Shown: piece by piece, positions 22,101 to 31,800 of the stretch
How the letters are laid out: the number at the start of each line of letters is the position of its first letter
Position numbering within the stretch: position 1 is the first letter of the stretch
DNA from: an uncultured Gemmatimonadales bacterium
GTDB taxonomy: Bacteria > Gemmatimonadota > Gemmatimonadetes > Longimicrobiales > RSA9
NCBI GenBank assembly: GCA_963783305.1
Contig: CAWAMW010000002.1
Location: 288,001 to 352,000 of the forward strand
Length of the DNA: 64,000 nucleotides
Direction of reading: 5' to 3'
Program-made: the position numbers and the translations under genes
The notes under the pieces: model-generated
The model's input: only the letters and a program-made list of their open reading frames with translations
What the model was told of the DNA's origin: nothing
The model's database searches: none

Positions 22101-22586
22101 GTCCTGGAAGATGATCCGCGCGTCCGAGTACTTGTCCGGGTCGTCCGACCACACGTAGTAGTCACGGTAGCTGCTCCCCTTTGGAGCCCGCCGAGCCCTC
22201 TGGAACCATGGGTGCTGGTCGCTCGTGTGGTTGATCACCAGCTCCGTGATCACGCGGATGTCGCGCTTGTGCGCCTCCCTCAGGAACCGCCGGAAGTCCG
22301 CCATCGTGCCGTACGCCTCGTGGACCTCCGTATAGGCCGCAATGTCGTACCCGTCATCGAACCACGGCGACGGATAGAACGGCAGCAGCCACAGCGCCGT
22401 GACCCCCAGCTCGTCCAGATAGTCCAGCTTCTCCGTCAGACCCCGGAAATCGCCCATCCCGTCGCCATTCGAATCGTAGAACGCCCGCAGCGGCACCTCG
22501 TATATGACCGCATCCTTGTACCACTCCGGGTCGTCCGGACGGACGTCGGGCTTCAACGGCTGGCTGGGCTTCTCTTTCGGTGGCAT
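19185..22586 (-). CDS. treS: Trehalose synthase fused to maltokinase (TreS-Mak)
   Basis: WYKDAVIYE, RLDAIPYL, AEANQW, FLRNHDELTLE; C-terminal EQSNTS, HGDYHLGQVL, DFEGEP. Confidence 0.95.
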   Translation of the reverse strand: MPPKEKPSQPLKPDVRPDDPEWYKDAVIYEVPLRAFYDSNGDGMGDFRGLTEKLDYLDELGVTALWLLPFYPSPWFDDGYDIAAYTEVHEAYGTMADFRRFLREAHKRDIRVITELVINHTSDQHPWFQRARRAPKGSSYRDYYVWSDDPDKYSDARIIFQDFEASNWTWDPVAQQYFWHRFYHKQPDLNFDHEPVRKAVLKAMDFWWKMGVDGMRLDAIPYLYEREGTNCENLPESHGFLKQLRSHIDERYANRMLLAEANQWPEDAVEYMGDGDECHMNFHFPIMPRLFMSVQMEDRFPILDILEQTPAIPENTQWAIFLRNHDELTLEMVTDEERDYMVRAYAHDPQMRINLGIRRRLAPLLQNNRRKIELLNGLLMSLPGTPVLYYGDEIGMGDNVYLGDRDGVRTPMQWSGDRNAGFSRANPQKLYLPVITDPEYHFEAVNVEAQQANPSSLLWWMRRLLALRKRFKAFSRGSIRFLQPDNRKVLVFVREHEDEHIMVVANLSRFTQAVELDLSEHEGRVPVELFGHTEFPRIGELPYFLTMGPHTFYWFQLTPERSGDRPALEMGKRPKWPVLVHTGGDWTSLLDDEDRSAVEGILPDYMRPRRWFGGKARKIRHARIVEVLRSSGGEVESRVTLVRVSYVDGDPETYVLPLAHAVGERAEQLMKSQPHAVVARTGASDESDSGVIYDATVEPSFARDILSVMATRKKLHGSAGEVRGGLVKEFRDRRRSEPESLKPQLVRVEQSNTSILYGNELFFKLFRKLDSGVNPDVEIAHQLGRKGFEHTPAVTGELSYRAEDGASYTIGVMKRFVPNEGDAWAYTLDSLGGFYERVITEQPELDEAPLPLDVHSMVDRAAEEPPELAGDLMGAYMDSARLIGERTAQMHRALADSAEREGFAPQAFSELYQRSLYQSMRNLSGRIFQALSRGISALPEESRDEAARLVERKNEIMDRMRAVVGEKMDASRIRTHGDYHLGQVLFTGRDFIIIDFEGEPARPLTERRLKKSPLSDVAGMLRSFHYAAYTALGDEELRGLARTRDMENLDRWARFWTAWASAAFLRGYLEEARAEGAPGRSFLPAEESQLRILLDAHLLEKAVYELGYELNNRPDWLAVPLLGIRQLMDDGAG

Positions 22587-22609
22587 GGTCCTCGATTCGT
22601 AGAGAGGTG

Positions 22610-22806
22610 TCGGATTACGGATTATAGGGCACGGATTACAGGTCACAGTTCACAGTTCACAGATCACAGGTCACAGGTTACAGCCGAGGATCACGAAGCC
22701 TCGGTTTCCATGCTGTTCTGTGTTCTGTGTTCTGTGTTCTGTGTTCTGTGTTCTGTGTTCTGTGTCCTGTGCTCTGTGCTCTGTGTTCCTGTGTTCCGTG
22801 CTCCTG
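22610..22806. repeat. Inverted heptamer tandem arrays around a central hairpin
   Basis: Left arm is degenerate (..CACAG)n at 22610-22684; CCGAGG/CCTCGG core at 22684-22704; right arm is (TGTTCTG)7 at 22714-22762 plus degenerate units. Confidence 0.85.
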
Positions 22807-22807
22807 T

Positions 22808-24895
22808 TCAGAATTCCTCACGTTCCGTCTCCCCACGTGGCCCGCTCCGTGTCACCTGGAAGATGTGGGCCGGCGAGGCGTGGGGGTTGAGCTCGACATA
22901 GTTGGGGCTGCCGCGCCAGACGTACCGGCTGCCGCTCATCAGGTCGCGCACCTCGAAGCTCTCGTCCCAGCCGATCCCCCACTCGTCGAGCGGCAGGTGC
23001 ACCATTGAGCTCTGCGTATGACGCGGATCGAGGTTCACCACCATGAGGATGAGCGTGCCGTCGTCGCCCGGCCGCTCTTCCTTGAACCGGTAGGTGTACG
23101 GGGTCCCGTCGGCGTGGCTCCATTTGCTGTAGGCGATCACCTGGTCATTGTCCGACCGGTGGAACCGGAGCGACCGGTTGTGCTGGAGCGCCGGCGTGCT
23201 CCTCCGGACTCTGTTCACCCGCCGGATCACCTCACGGATGTTCTCGTCCTCCAGGTCCCAGTCCCGGATCTGGTACTTCTCCGAGTCCAGGTACTCCTCC
23301 TTGCCTTCATCCCGCGGCCGACCCTCCAGCAGCTCGAACGCCGGCCCGTAGATCCCGTAGTTGGCCGACAGCGTGGCGGCCAGCACCAGCCGCTGCACGT
23401 ACATGGGCTTCATCCCGGTCTGCAGCTGGTCGGTCAGGATGTCGGGCGTGTTCGGCCAGGCGTTCGGGCGGAAGAAGTTCACCACCGGCGGCGACGACAG
23501 CTCCCGGAAATACTCCTCGATCTCCCACTTCGCCCGGCGCCAGGCGAAGTAGCTGTAGCTCTGGGTGTACCCGAGCTTCGCCAGCCGGTACATGACCTTC
23601 GGGCGCGTGAACGCCTCGCTCAGGAAGATCAGCTCCGGCCACTCCGACTTCAGCCTACCGATGCACCACTCCCAGAACCGGAGCGACTTCGTGTGCGGGT
23701 TGTCCACCCGGAACACCTTCACGTCCGCCTTCTCGATCCAGTGCCGGAACACCCCGTCCAGCTCCTCCCAGAGCGCCTGCCAGTCCGCCGTCTCGAAGTC
23801 GATCGGATAGATGTCCTCGTACTTCTTCGGCGGGTTCTCCGCGTATGCGATGCTCCCGTCCGGCCGGTGCCGGAACCACTCCGGGTGCTCCTTCACCCAC
23901 GGGTGGTCCGGCGACACCTGGAACGCCACGTCCAGCGCCACCTCGATCCCGTGCTCCGCGCGCGCGGTCTTCACCAGCCGCTTCAAGTCCTTGAGCGTGC
24001 CCAGCTCAGGGTGGATCGCGGTGTGCCCACCTTCCTCCGCACCGATCGCCCATGGCGACCCCACATCCTCCTGCGCCGCCGTCCGCGCGTTGTTCTTTCC
24101 CTTCCGATGCGTCCGGCCCACCGGGTGAATCGGGGGCAGGTACAGCACGTCGAAGCCCAGGTCCGCCACGTACGGCAGGTGCTCGATCACATCCTGGAAC
24201 GTTCCATGGCGGTCCGGCCCCCCGAGCGACCTCGGGAAGAGCTCGTACCACGCGCTGAACCGCGCCCGCTCCGGCTCCACCATCATCCGGAGCACCCGCG
24301 CATACCGCGTGGCCGTCGACCGGTCCGCATGCCGCTGCACCAGCGACCTCACGTCGTCCGAGAACGCCCGGTCGGCACGCTCGCCCGCCGCCACCGCCTC
24401 ATCCCGTACGTGCGCGGCCAGCTCCCGCAGCGCCTGCGCGTCACCCGGAGACGACGCCTTCGTCGCACCCGTGCCGTCCGCAGCCCGCTCCGACGCCGTC
24501 TCCAGCAGCACCGCGCCCATCGCCAGGTGCGTCTCCACGTCCACCCCCGCGGCGAGCCACTTCCGCATGTCGCGCTCCCAGCTCCCCCAGGGGTCGATCC
24601 ACGCCTCCACCGTGTACTCGTACCGGCACGGTTCCGTCGCCTCGAACCAGGCACGCCACCGGTCGTTCACCACCGGCTCCATCTCCACCTCGGACCACCC
24701 GCGCTTCCCCTCCCGCCGGTACAGCAGACGCACCGCAATCGCGTCATGCCCGTCCGTGTACGCATCGCACTCCACCCGAATCTGTCCCGGCGTACCCTTG
24801 GCCGGGAACCGCCCCGCATCCACCTCCGGCTCCACCCCCTCGATGATCACTCGCCTGCGTGCGGATGCCGGGAACTCACTCTGTCTGCGCGCCAT
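22808..24895 (-). CDS. glgE: Alpha-1,4-glucan:maltose-1-phosphate maltosyltransferase
   Basis: WYELFPRS, YLPPIHP, GSPWAIG, AENPPKKYEDIYP, FRVDNPHTK, LSEAFT, PNTPDIL. Confidence 0.95.
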   Translation of the reverse strand: MARRQSEFPASARRRVIIEGVEPEVDAGRFPAKGTPGQIRVECDAYTDGHDAIAVRLLYRREGKRGWSEVEMEPVVNDRWRAWFEATEPCRYEYTVEAWIDPWGSWERDMRKWLAAGVDVETHLAMGAVLLETASERAADGTGATKASSPGDAQALRELAAHVRDEAVAAGERADRAFSDDVRSLVQRHADRSTATRYARVLRMMVEPERARFSAWYELFPRSLGGPDRHGTFQDVIEHLPYVADLGFDVLYLPPIHPVGRTHRKGKNNARTAAQEDVGSPWAIGAEEGGHTAIHPELGTLKDLKRLVKTARAEHGIEVALDVAFQVSPDHPWVKEHPEWFRHRPDGSIAYAENPPKKYEDIYPIDFETADWQALWEELDGVFRHWIEKADVKVFRVDNPHTKSLRFWEWCIGRLKSEWPELIFLSEAFTRPKVMYRLAKLGYTQSYSYFAWRRAKWEIEEYFRELSSPPVVNFFRPNAWPNTPDILTDQLQTGMKPMYVQRLVLAATLSANYGIYGPAFELLEGRPRDEGKEEYLDSEKYQIRDWDLEDENIREVIRRVNRVRRSTPALQHNRSLRFHRSDNDQVIAYSKWSHADGTPYTYRFKEERPGDDGTLILMVVNLDPRHTQSSMVHLPLDEWGIGWDESFEVRDLMSGSRYVWRGSPNYVELNPHASPAHIFQVTRSGPRGETEREEF

Positions 24896-25132
24896 CTCTT
24901 CTCTGATCCAGGTGTCAAGGATTCCGTGCCAAATCGCACGGTACCGGGCCCCACCAACGGCTGCAAGATTCGTGAATAGCGGAACCCCGAGCCGTGGCGC
25001 AGCGGACTTACCATCCCCGGCGCGGCCCGCCCGCCGGATTCCGAATTCGGGAAGGCGGGGCAGGAAAAGGGAGCGGAGAGCCCGCGCGCTCCGCGCTGCT
25101 CCCCGCCCCCTTCGCCGCACGCTCCGTGGCAG

Positions 25133-25196
<64 letters not shown>

Positions 25197-25559
25197 TCAC
25201 GCCGTGACGGAATCCCCGGAATCATACAGCCGCCACGCGATCCAGAACGTGTAGAGCGCGACGGCCGTGCCGAGCGGCGCCTTCGCCAGGTTGAAGATCC
25301 CGAGGATCACCGCGAGACCGAGGACCCAGCCACCCCAGTTCCTCAGCAGCCCCACGCCCACGATCAGGTTCGGCAGCGCCAGGATCATGGCCAAGGTGCC
25401 GACAAACCCGCCGATCAGCGACATCGTCCCCATGGCCATCGGGTCGCCCGACAGCCAGCCGATCCCCGACAGGAATCCAAACGCCATCAGCCCGATGAAC
25501 AGATCGAACAGGCCCAGAAAGACCTGGAGCCAGCCGAGGATCTGAACGTGTTTGCGCAT
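25197..25559 (-). CDS. Small integral membrane protein, unknown function
   Basis: 120 aa with 3-4 hydrophobic helices; strong AAGGAGGAGG RBS. Confidence 0.75.
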   Translation of the reverse strand: MRKHVQILGWLQVFLGLFDLFIGLMAFGFLSGIGWLSGDPMAMGTMSLIGGFVGTLAMILALPNLIVGVGLLRNWGGWVLGLAVILGIFNLAKAPLGTAVALYTFWIAWRLYDSGDSVTA

Positions 25560-25629
25560 GCCTCCTCCTTCTCGTCATGAGAGTCCCACTCTCCCTACGA
25601 CCCCACCTCCCTGCGTGCTTCAATCCGTC

Positions 25630-26364
25630 CTATCCCACTACCGCCACCCCGCCCAGCACCGACCCCGCCGCCCCCTCCAGCCGAACATCGACGACTTCGC
25701 TCAGCACCGTCCGCGATGGGTTCACCTCCACCAGCAGCGCCCCCCTCCGTTGCGCCAACCGCGCGATCGCCTGGATGTACCCGAAGCTCGCCTCCGTCCC
25801 GACCACGAGCGCCACGTCCACACCCTCGGCGATGAACTCCTGGACCCGCTCGATGGGGCTGCGGGGCAGCATCTCCCCGAACCAGACCACTGCGGGCCGG
25901 AGCCGCCCGGCGCAGTCGTGGCAGAGGGGGGGCAGCGCGGGCAGGGGGTGGGTGTGCTCGTTGTGCTCGGCGCCGCAATCCTCACACCGGACCCGCCAGA
26001 TACTGCCATGGATGTGCGCGACTTCCGCGCTCCCCGCACGCTCGTGCAGGTCGTCCACGTTCTGCGTGGCCACGAGCACCTCTTTCCCTGCCGACTCCCA
26101 CGCCGCCAGCGCGCGGTGGCCGGCGTTCGGCTCCGCCCCGGCGATCAGCCCGCGCCGGTACTGGTACCACTCCCAGACGTAGGCGGGGTCGCGGTCGAAC
26201 GCCGCGCGGGTGGCGAGGCGGGCGGGGTCCTCCTTCCGCCACCACCCGTCCCCACCCCGGAACGTGGGGATCCCGGACTCCGCCGAGATCCCCGCTCCCG
26301 TGAGGGCGAGGATCCGCTGGGCCGCATCGAGCCGCTGTCGGACTCTGTCGCGATCATCCGTCAT
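25630..26364 (-). CDS. cobB: NAD-dependent protein deacylase (sirtuin)
   Basis: TGAGISAESGIPTFRG, TQNVDDLH, HG, CxxC..CxxC, RPAVVWFGE. Confidence 0.93.
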   Translation of the reverse strand: MTDDRDRVRQRLDAAQRILALTGAGISAESGIPTFRGGDGWWRKEDPARLATRAAFDRDPAYVWEWYQYRRGLIAGAEPNAGHRALAAWESAGKEVLVATQNVDDLHERAGSAEVAHIHGSIWRVRCEDCGAEHNEHTHPLPALPPLCHDCAGRLRPAVVWFGEMLPRSPIERVQEFIAEGVDVALVVGTEASFGYIQAIARLAQRRGALLVEVNPSRTVLSEVVDVRLEGAAGSVLGGVAVVG

Positions 26365-26388
26365 GGGGTTTCCCACCTTCTGAACAGC

Positions 26389-26546
26389 CGTGACGCGAAG
26401 AACTCGAAGAAGCGAAGGCCTCGAAGAACTGCGGGTGTCGGACTGCTCCGCAACCCCGGCGTATCCCGCGAATTAGGGGAGTCCTTTGTTCTACTTTTCT
26501 TGTTTTGCTTCGACCCCTTCGACGCTTTTGAGCTCTTCGTGTCACG
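26389..26546. repeat. MITE-like inverted repeat built of ~9-nt units
   Basis: CGTGACGCGAAGAACTCGAAG.. at the left end and ..CTTTTGAGCTCTTCGTGTCACG at the right end (imperfect inverted repeat). Confidence 0.65.
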
Positions 26547-26565
26547 CCTTTGTTTACACTCGTGT

Positions 26566-27516
26566 CTAACCCACCTGCTGCCGGACCTGGTCGAGCTTCC
26601 CGAACGACTGGAGCTTCTTCGACTTGGCGACGATGAACTCCGCGTACTCCTCGACGAAGACCTTGCCGGGCGCCCGGAAATCGAACTGCTCCGGCTGGTC
26701 GCGGAAGAACTCGCGGTGGACGCGGGTCCACACGAGGCGACCGTCGGTATCGATGTTGACCTTGGTCACGCCGAGCTCTGCGGCGCGGGCGAACTGGTCG
26801 GCGTCGACGCCCTTCGCGGAGGGGTCGAGCTTCCCGCCGGCCGCGTTGATGCGCTCGACCTCTTCCTGCGGGACGGAGCTGGAGCCGTGCATGACCAGCG
26901 GGAACCCCGGCAGCCGCTTCTGGATCTCCTCGATCCGTCCGAAGTGGAGCCCCTGGGAGCCGGAAAACTTGTAGGCGCCGTGGCTGGTGCCGATGGCGAC
27001 GGCGAGGGAGTCGCAGGCGGTGCGCTCGACGAACTCCTTCGCCTCGTCGGGGTCGGTGAGCCGGGCGTCCTTCTCGGAGACCGCGATGTCTTCTTCGACG
27101 CCGCCCAGCATGCCCAGCTCGGCCTCGACGCTGATCCCCTTCGCGTGCGCCCGGTCCACCACGCGCTTGGTGATGGCGATGTTCTCGTCGAACGGTGCGT
27201 GGGACGCGTCGATCATGACGGAGGAGTAGAACCCGCTGTCGATGCAGTCGTAGCACGTTTCCTCGTCGCCGTGATCGAGGTGCACCGCGAAGACGGCGTC
27301 CGGGTAGAGCTCGGCGGTGGACCGGATGATCGCCTCGAGCACCGTGGGGTTCGCGTACTTCCGGGCGCCCTTCGAGATCTGGATGATGAACGGCGCGGAC
27401 GCCCTCCGATGTCCCTCGAACAGGCCCAGCGCCTGCTCCATGTTGTTGATGTTGTATGCGCCCGCGGCGAACGAGCCGTAGGCGACGGAGAAGAGGTCGC
27501 GCGTCGTGATGATCAT
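26566..27516 (-). CDS. fba: Class II fructose-bisphosphate aldolase
   Basis: GAYNINN, HLDHG, SSVMIDAS, VEAELG, AIGTSHGAYK, VMHGSS, KVNIDTD. Confidence 0.93.
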   Translation of the reverse strand: MIITTRDLFSVAYGSFAAGAYNINNMEQALGLFEGHRRASAPFIIQISKGARKYANPTVLEAIIRSTAELYPDAVFAVHLDHGDEETCYDCIDSGFYSSVMIDASHAPFDENIAITKRVVDRAHAKGISVEAELGMLGGVEEDIAVSEKDARLTDPDEAKEFVERTACDSLAVAIGTSHGAYKFSGSQGLHFGRIEEIQKRLPGFPLVMHGSSSVPQEEVERINAAGGKLDPSAKGVDADQFARAAELGVTKVNIDTDGRLVWTRVHREFFRDQPEQFDFRAPGKVFVEEYAEFIVAKSKKLQSFGKLDQVRQQVG

Positions 27517-27713
27517 GCAGTGCCCTCTGGCGTTCATATGTGAAGGGTCCGGTCCCGGCGGCTCCGAGCCGAGCCGGTCCCGGAATGGATAGACCCGGGG
27601 CCGATCCCATGCAATCCGGACACCGCGGGCGCTGTCACCTGGCGTGCGCGAGCGCCGCGGGGGATGCTACATTTCGTCAGCCCCCTGGAGCCATCCACGA
27701 AGGAGCGAAGGGA

Positions 27714-28085
27714 ATGCGAATCCTCATTGCGGTACTGCTGCTCGGGACCACCCTTGGCGGGTGCGCGAGCGCGGGTACGGGCGGTGCGCGGCGGGACCGG
27801 AACGTCATGACGCTGGAGCAGATCGAAGAGGCCGACCAGACCAACCTGTACGACCTCATCCGCGTGCATCGTCCCAACTGGCTCAACGCCCGGGGGCCGA
27901 ACAGCTTCCGGAGCGAGAACCCCATCATGGTCTACCTCGATGGCACGCGCTTCGGCGACATCGAGGAGCTCCGGTCGCTCTCGCCCTACGATGTCCGGGA
28001 GATCCGGTACCTGAGCGCCGCCCAGGCGCAGGCGCGGTTCGGGCTCGGCAACACCCGCGGCGCCATAGCCATCACCAGCCGCTGA
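27714..28085 (+). CDS. Small lipoprotein resembling a stand-alone TonB-receptor plug domain
   Basis: Lipobox LGGC; ..EQI..NLYDLI..RP.WL..P.VYLDG..L..L...V.EI.YL..A.A.FG...GAI.ITS. Confidence 0.6.
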   Translation: MRILIAVLLLGTTLGGCASAGTGGARRDRNVMTLEQIEEADQTNLYDLIRVHRPNWLNARGPNSFRSENPIMVYLDGTRFGDIEELRSLSPYDVREIRYLSAAQAQARFGLGNTRGAIAITSR

Positions 28086-28089
28086 GCCG

Positions 28090-28767
28090 CTAGACGCGCA
28101 GGGTGAACGGCGGGTACTCATCGCGGAGCAGGAGCACGTAGCACTCCACCCGCGCGGTCCACGCCAGGACCCCCAGCGCGAAGCCGTAAAGGGTCTCCGG
28201 GTAGCGCCCCGTGAACAGGATGGACACCCACCCGACGGCCGTGGTGATCGCCCAGGCGATGCCCAGGACCCAGAGCAGGAACAGGTGCGGCAGCACCAGG
28301 ATGAGGCGCAGGAAAACCGTCACGCGATCACGCGGCTCCGCGGGCCTCGCCACCTCCAGGCCCGCGGGGTACTCGGCGTCGCCGAAGGGCGGGTACTCGT
28401 CCCGCAGCAGCGTGAGGTACGCGGCCGCCCGGACCCGCCAGCGCATGTACCACGCGCCCAGCCGCCAGAGGGAATCCGGGTGACGCCCGGACAGGACGAT
28501 GACCAGCCAGGCGATGATCGCCGCGATGATGACCACGACGCTCACCACCCCGCCGCTCGAACCGTAGTCCCAGCTCACCCCGCTGTCGGTGCTCCAGCTC
28601 GCGCCCAGCGCCATGGCGATCGGCGCGCCCACGAGGATGATGTGAGGGAGCGCGAGGAAGAAGCGAAAGAACGCCGTGAGCCGGTTCCGTCCCTCCAGCT
28701 GCGGCTCCAGCCGCACCGCCACAGGGTAGTCGATCCCGCCCGTCTCCAGCTCGTCGTACTCCGTCAT
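28090..28767 (-). CDS. DUF4389 membrane protein (two internal repeats)
   Basis: Duplicated R.T.F.R..L.LPH...GR.P...R...Y..LLRDEYPPF. Confidence 0.8.
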   Translation of the reverse strand: MTEYDELETGGIDYPVAVRLEPQLEGRNRLTAFFRFFLALPHIILVGAPIAMALGASWSTDSGVSWDYGSSGGVVSVVVIIAAIIAWLVIVLSGRHPDSLWRLGAWYMRWRVRAAAYLTLLRDEYPPFGDAEYPAGLEVARPAEPRDRVTVFLRLILVLPHLFLLWVLGIAWAITTAVGWVSILFTGRYPETLYGFALGVLAWTARVECYVLLLRDEYPPFTLRV

Positions 28768-28875
28768 CGTCGCCTCCACATCGAGTGACCCTCTGGAGGA
28801 CACTACGCGCCAGCGACCCCGAAGATTCGACCCGCCGACACCGGCGCCACGAGCCGGGTTGCTTTCGTCTCTTTC

Positions 28876-31800
28876 TTACTGTCGGCCCCTCGCCCACGGC
28901 AGCACCGGCGCCGGCGCTTCCGTGGGCGCCAGCTGCCGGAGCGTCATGGCGTCGTAGAGCCGGCCACCGAGCATGACCCGGTCGATGTCGGCGCTGTTCA
29001 CCAGGTTCTCGAGGGGGTTGGAGTTGAGCACGATCAGGTCGGCGAGCTTCCCGGGCTCCAGTGACCCGATATCCTGGTCCAGCCCCAGGTACTGCGCGCC
29101 CTTGATGGTCCCGGCCGCCAGCGCCTCCATCTCGGTCATCCCGCCATGCTCGAACATCCACAGCTCCCAGTGCGCGCCGACCCCCTGCATCTGACCGTGC
29201 GCGCCCAGCTCCACCAGCCCGCCCGCGTCGGCAATGGCCTTCACGCCCTCCGCGATGAGCACGTGATTGAAGTCGTCATCGCCCGCGGCCATGATCCGGC
29301 GGCGGCTCCGGGCGTCCACCAGGTCGCGGGGCGTGAACGCCAGCAGCCGCTCGTCCTCCCACACGTTGGTGCGCTCGTACCAGTAGTACTCGCCGCTCAG
29401 ACCGCCGTACCCCACGATCATGGTGGGCGTGTACCCCGTGGAGCTCGCGCTCCAGATCTCCGTCACGTCGCGATAGACGTGCGGCACGGGCAGCGAGTGC
29501 TCCACGCCCGTGTGCCCGTCGAGCACCATGGTCATGTTGTTGAAGAAGAGGCTGCCGCCCTCCGGCACCACCATCATCTCCAGGTCCCGCGCCGCTTCGA
29601 TGATCCACTGCCGCGCGTCCCGACGACGCTGGTTGTAGCTCTTCACGCTGAACGCGCCCACCGCCTTCATCCGACGCAGGTGCGCCGCCGCGTCCTCGTA
29701 GTCCTTCACCACCGCCTTGAAGCTGGTCTCCGCGCCGTACAGGATCGTGCCCGTGCTGAACAGCCGCGGCCCCAGCTTCTCGCCCGCCCGCAGCAGCTCG
29801 ATGTTCGCGAACACCGTCTCCGTGTCGTTGCTCGGGTCGTGCGACGTGGTGACGCCGAACGCCAGGTTCGCCAGCAGCGGCCAGCTCGCCTGCGCCAGGA
29901 TCCCCGCGTTCTCGCCGCCCACGTGGCCGTGCACGTCCACCAGCCCCGGCATGATCGTCTTGCCGCTCATGTCGATATGACGCGCGTCCGCCGGCAGCGT
30001 CATGGCCGCCGTCGCTCCCACCGCGACGATCCGGTCGCCCTCGATCACGATCGTGCCGTCCTCGATCACCGCAGGCAGCTCCGGCCCGATCCCTTCAGAC
30101 TCCTGGAACGGCTGGTACGACCGCGACTCCGGCTCCCACCCGCCCGGCGGCGTCCACCCCTGCCCCGCCATGGTGATGATGCGAGCATTGGTCAGGACCA
30201 GGGTTCCGGCGGGTTTCGGCGTCGTGGTGGTGAACGAAATGTCTACGCCTTCGGCTTCGGGCTCGCGGAGGGCGGCTTCGCCGCGGAGGGCGCCTTCGGC
30301 GCGGGGTGCACCCTCTTGCAGGAACGCGAAGGTGGACTGGAGGTCGCGGGTGAAGTACTGGGGTCCGAGCGTCCAGTGGACCTGCCAGTCATCGCCGGTG
30401 GCGTGGCTCCAGTGCAGGTACATGCCGGCGTCGCGGCTGATGCGCTGCACGGGGTAGGCGTCGCTGGTGCCGCTGAGCTTCACCGTTCGGCCCGTCCGCG
30501 GGAACGGCGCTACGAAGGCGTGGTAGCGCTCGGCAAACGCCACCCACTCGCCGTCCGGTGAGACCGCGATCTGCGTGACGTTGTCCCCCTCCAGGTGCAC
30601 GATCTCGTCGCCACCCGTGAGGTCCGTGCTCACCAGCCGGTCGCCCTGGCTCAGCAGGATGCGGTGGCCGGTGGCGTCGAAGCTCGGCTCGCCCCTGCCG
30701 TCCCGCACCTTCCGGGGCTCGCCGCCACCTGCGTCCACCACGAAGATCCCCGTGTGTTCGCCGTAGGTCTCACCCCGGATGCTGTTCCCGCCCACGCTCC
30801 GGTAGACGATCCGGTCGCCGCTCGGGCTCCAGCTCGGGCTCGTGTAGTGACCGCGCCGCGTCACCACCTCCCGGGCGCCGCGCCCGTTCAGAGCGATCGT
30901 CCGGATGCGCCCGCCCTCCGCGTCGCTCCAGCTGGCGTACGCGATGGTCCGGCCGTCGGGGCTGAACGCCGGCGCCAGCTCGAACCCGTCGTCGCCCCGG
31001 GTAAGACGGCGCGGCTCGCCGCCGCCCCGGAGGTCACGGATCCAGATCCTGCCCAGCGCGTCATACGCCACGTACCGGCCGTCCGGCGAGGTGGTGACGT
31101 GCCGGAGCATCCGCACCTGCCACTCGTCCGGCGCCACGTCCACCGCATACCGGAGCCCCTCGTGGATCCTCTGCTCGACGTCCGCCGTGAAGGGGATCCG
31201 CGTGGCCTCACCGGTCCGAGCGTCCACGCGCCAGAACCCGCCCTGCGCCCAGATCGCCAGCCCGGAGCCGTCCGGGAGCCAGTCGTACTGGGTGTACACG
31301 CCGTGGATCGCCCACGCCTCCTGCATGTCCCGCTCGAGCCCGTCCCACAGCGGCCACTCCTCGCCCGTCTCCAGGTCGCGCAGGTAGAGCACCGTGTTCA
31401 GACGGTCGCGACGGATGAAGCTCATGAGCCGCCCGTCCGGCGAGATCCGCGGCGTGATCGCACCGCCCGGCCCGCCCGTCACCCGCTCCGTCTCACCCGT
31501 CACCAGGTTCCGCCGCAGGATCGCGTAAATGCCGGCGTACGGGTCCTTGTTGTACTCGAAGAACTCGCCCGGCGTGACATCCTGGCTGTAGTAGAGCCAC
31601 TCCCCGTCGGGACTCACCGCGGGCTCGCCCTGGTCCTTCTGCCAGCTCGTCCGCTCCGTAACCTGGAGCCCGCCGCCGCCCGCCCGGTGGTACATCCATA
31701 CCTCGCCCGCCCCCAGCGAGCGCTGCTCCACGAAGTGCTTCCGCGTGAACAGGTACTCCCCATCCGGCGACCAGGCCAGCGAGTTCACCTCGCGGTCGTC

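Noticed and set aside
22714..22806. Cys-rich ORF MFCVLCSVFCVLC.. and a possible CRISPR array
   Set aside because: The ORF is a translation of a 7-mer tandem repeat. There are no unique spacers and no cas genes.
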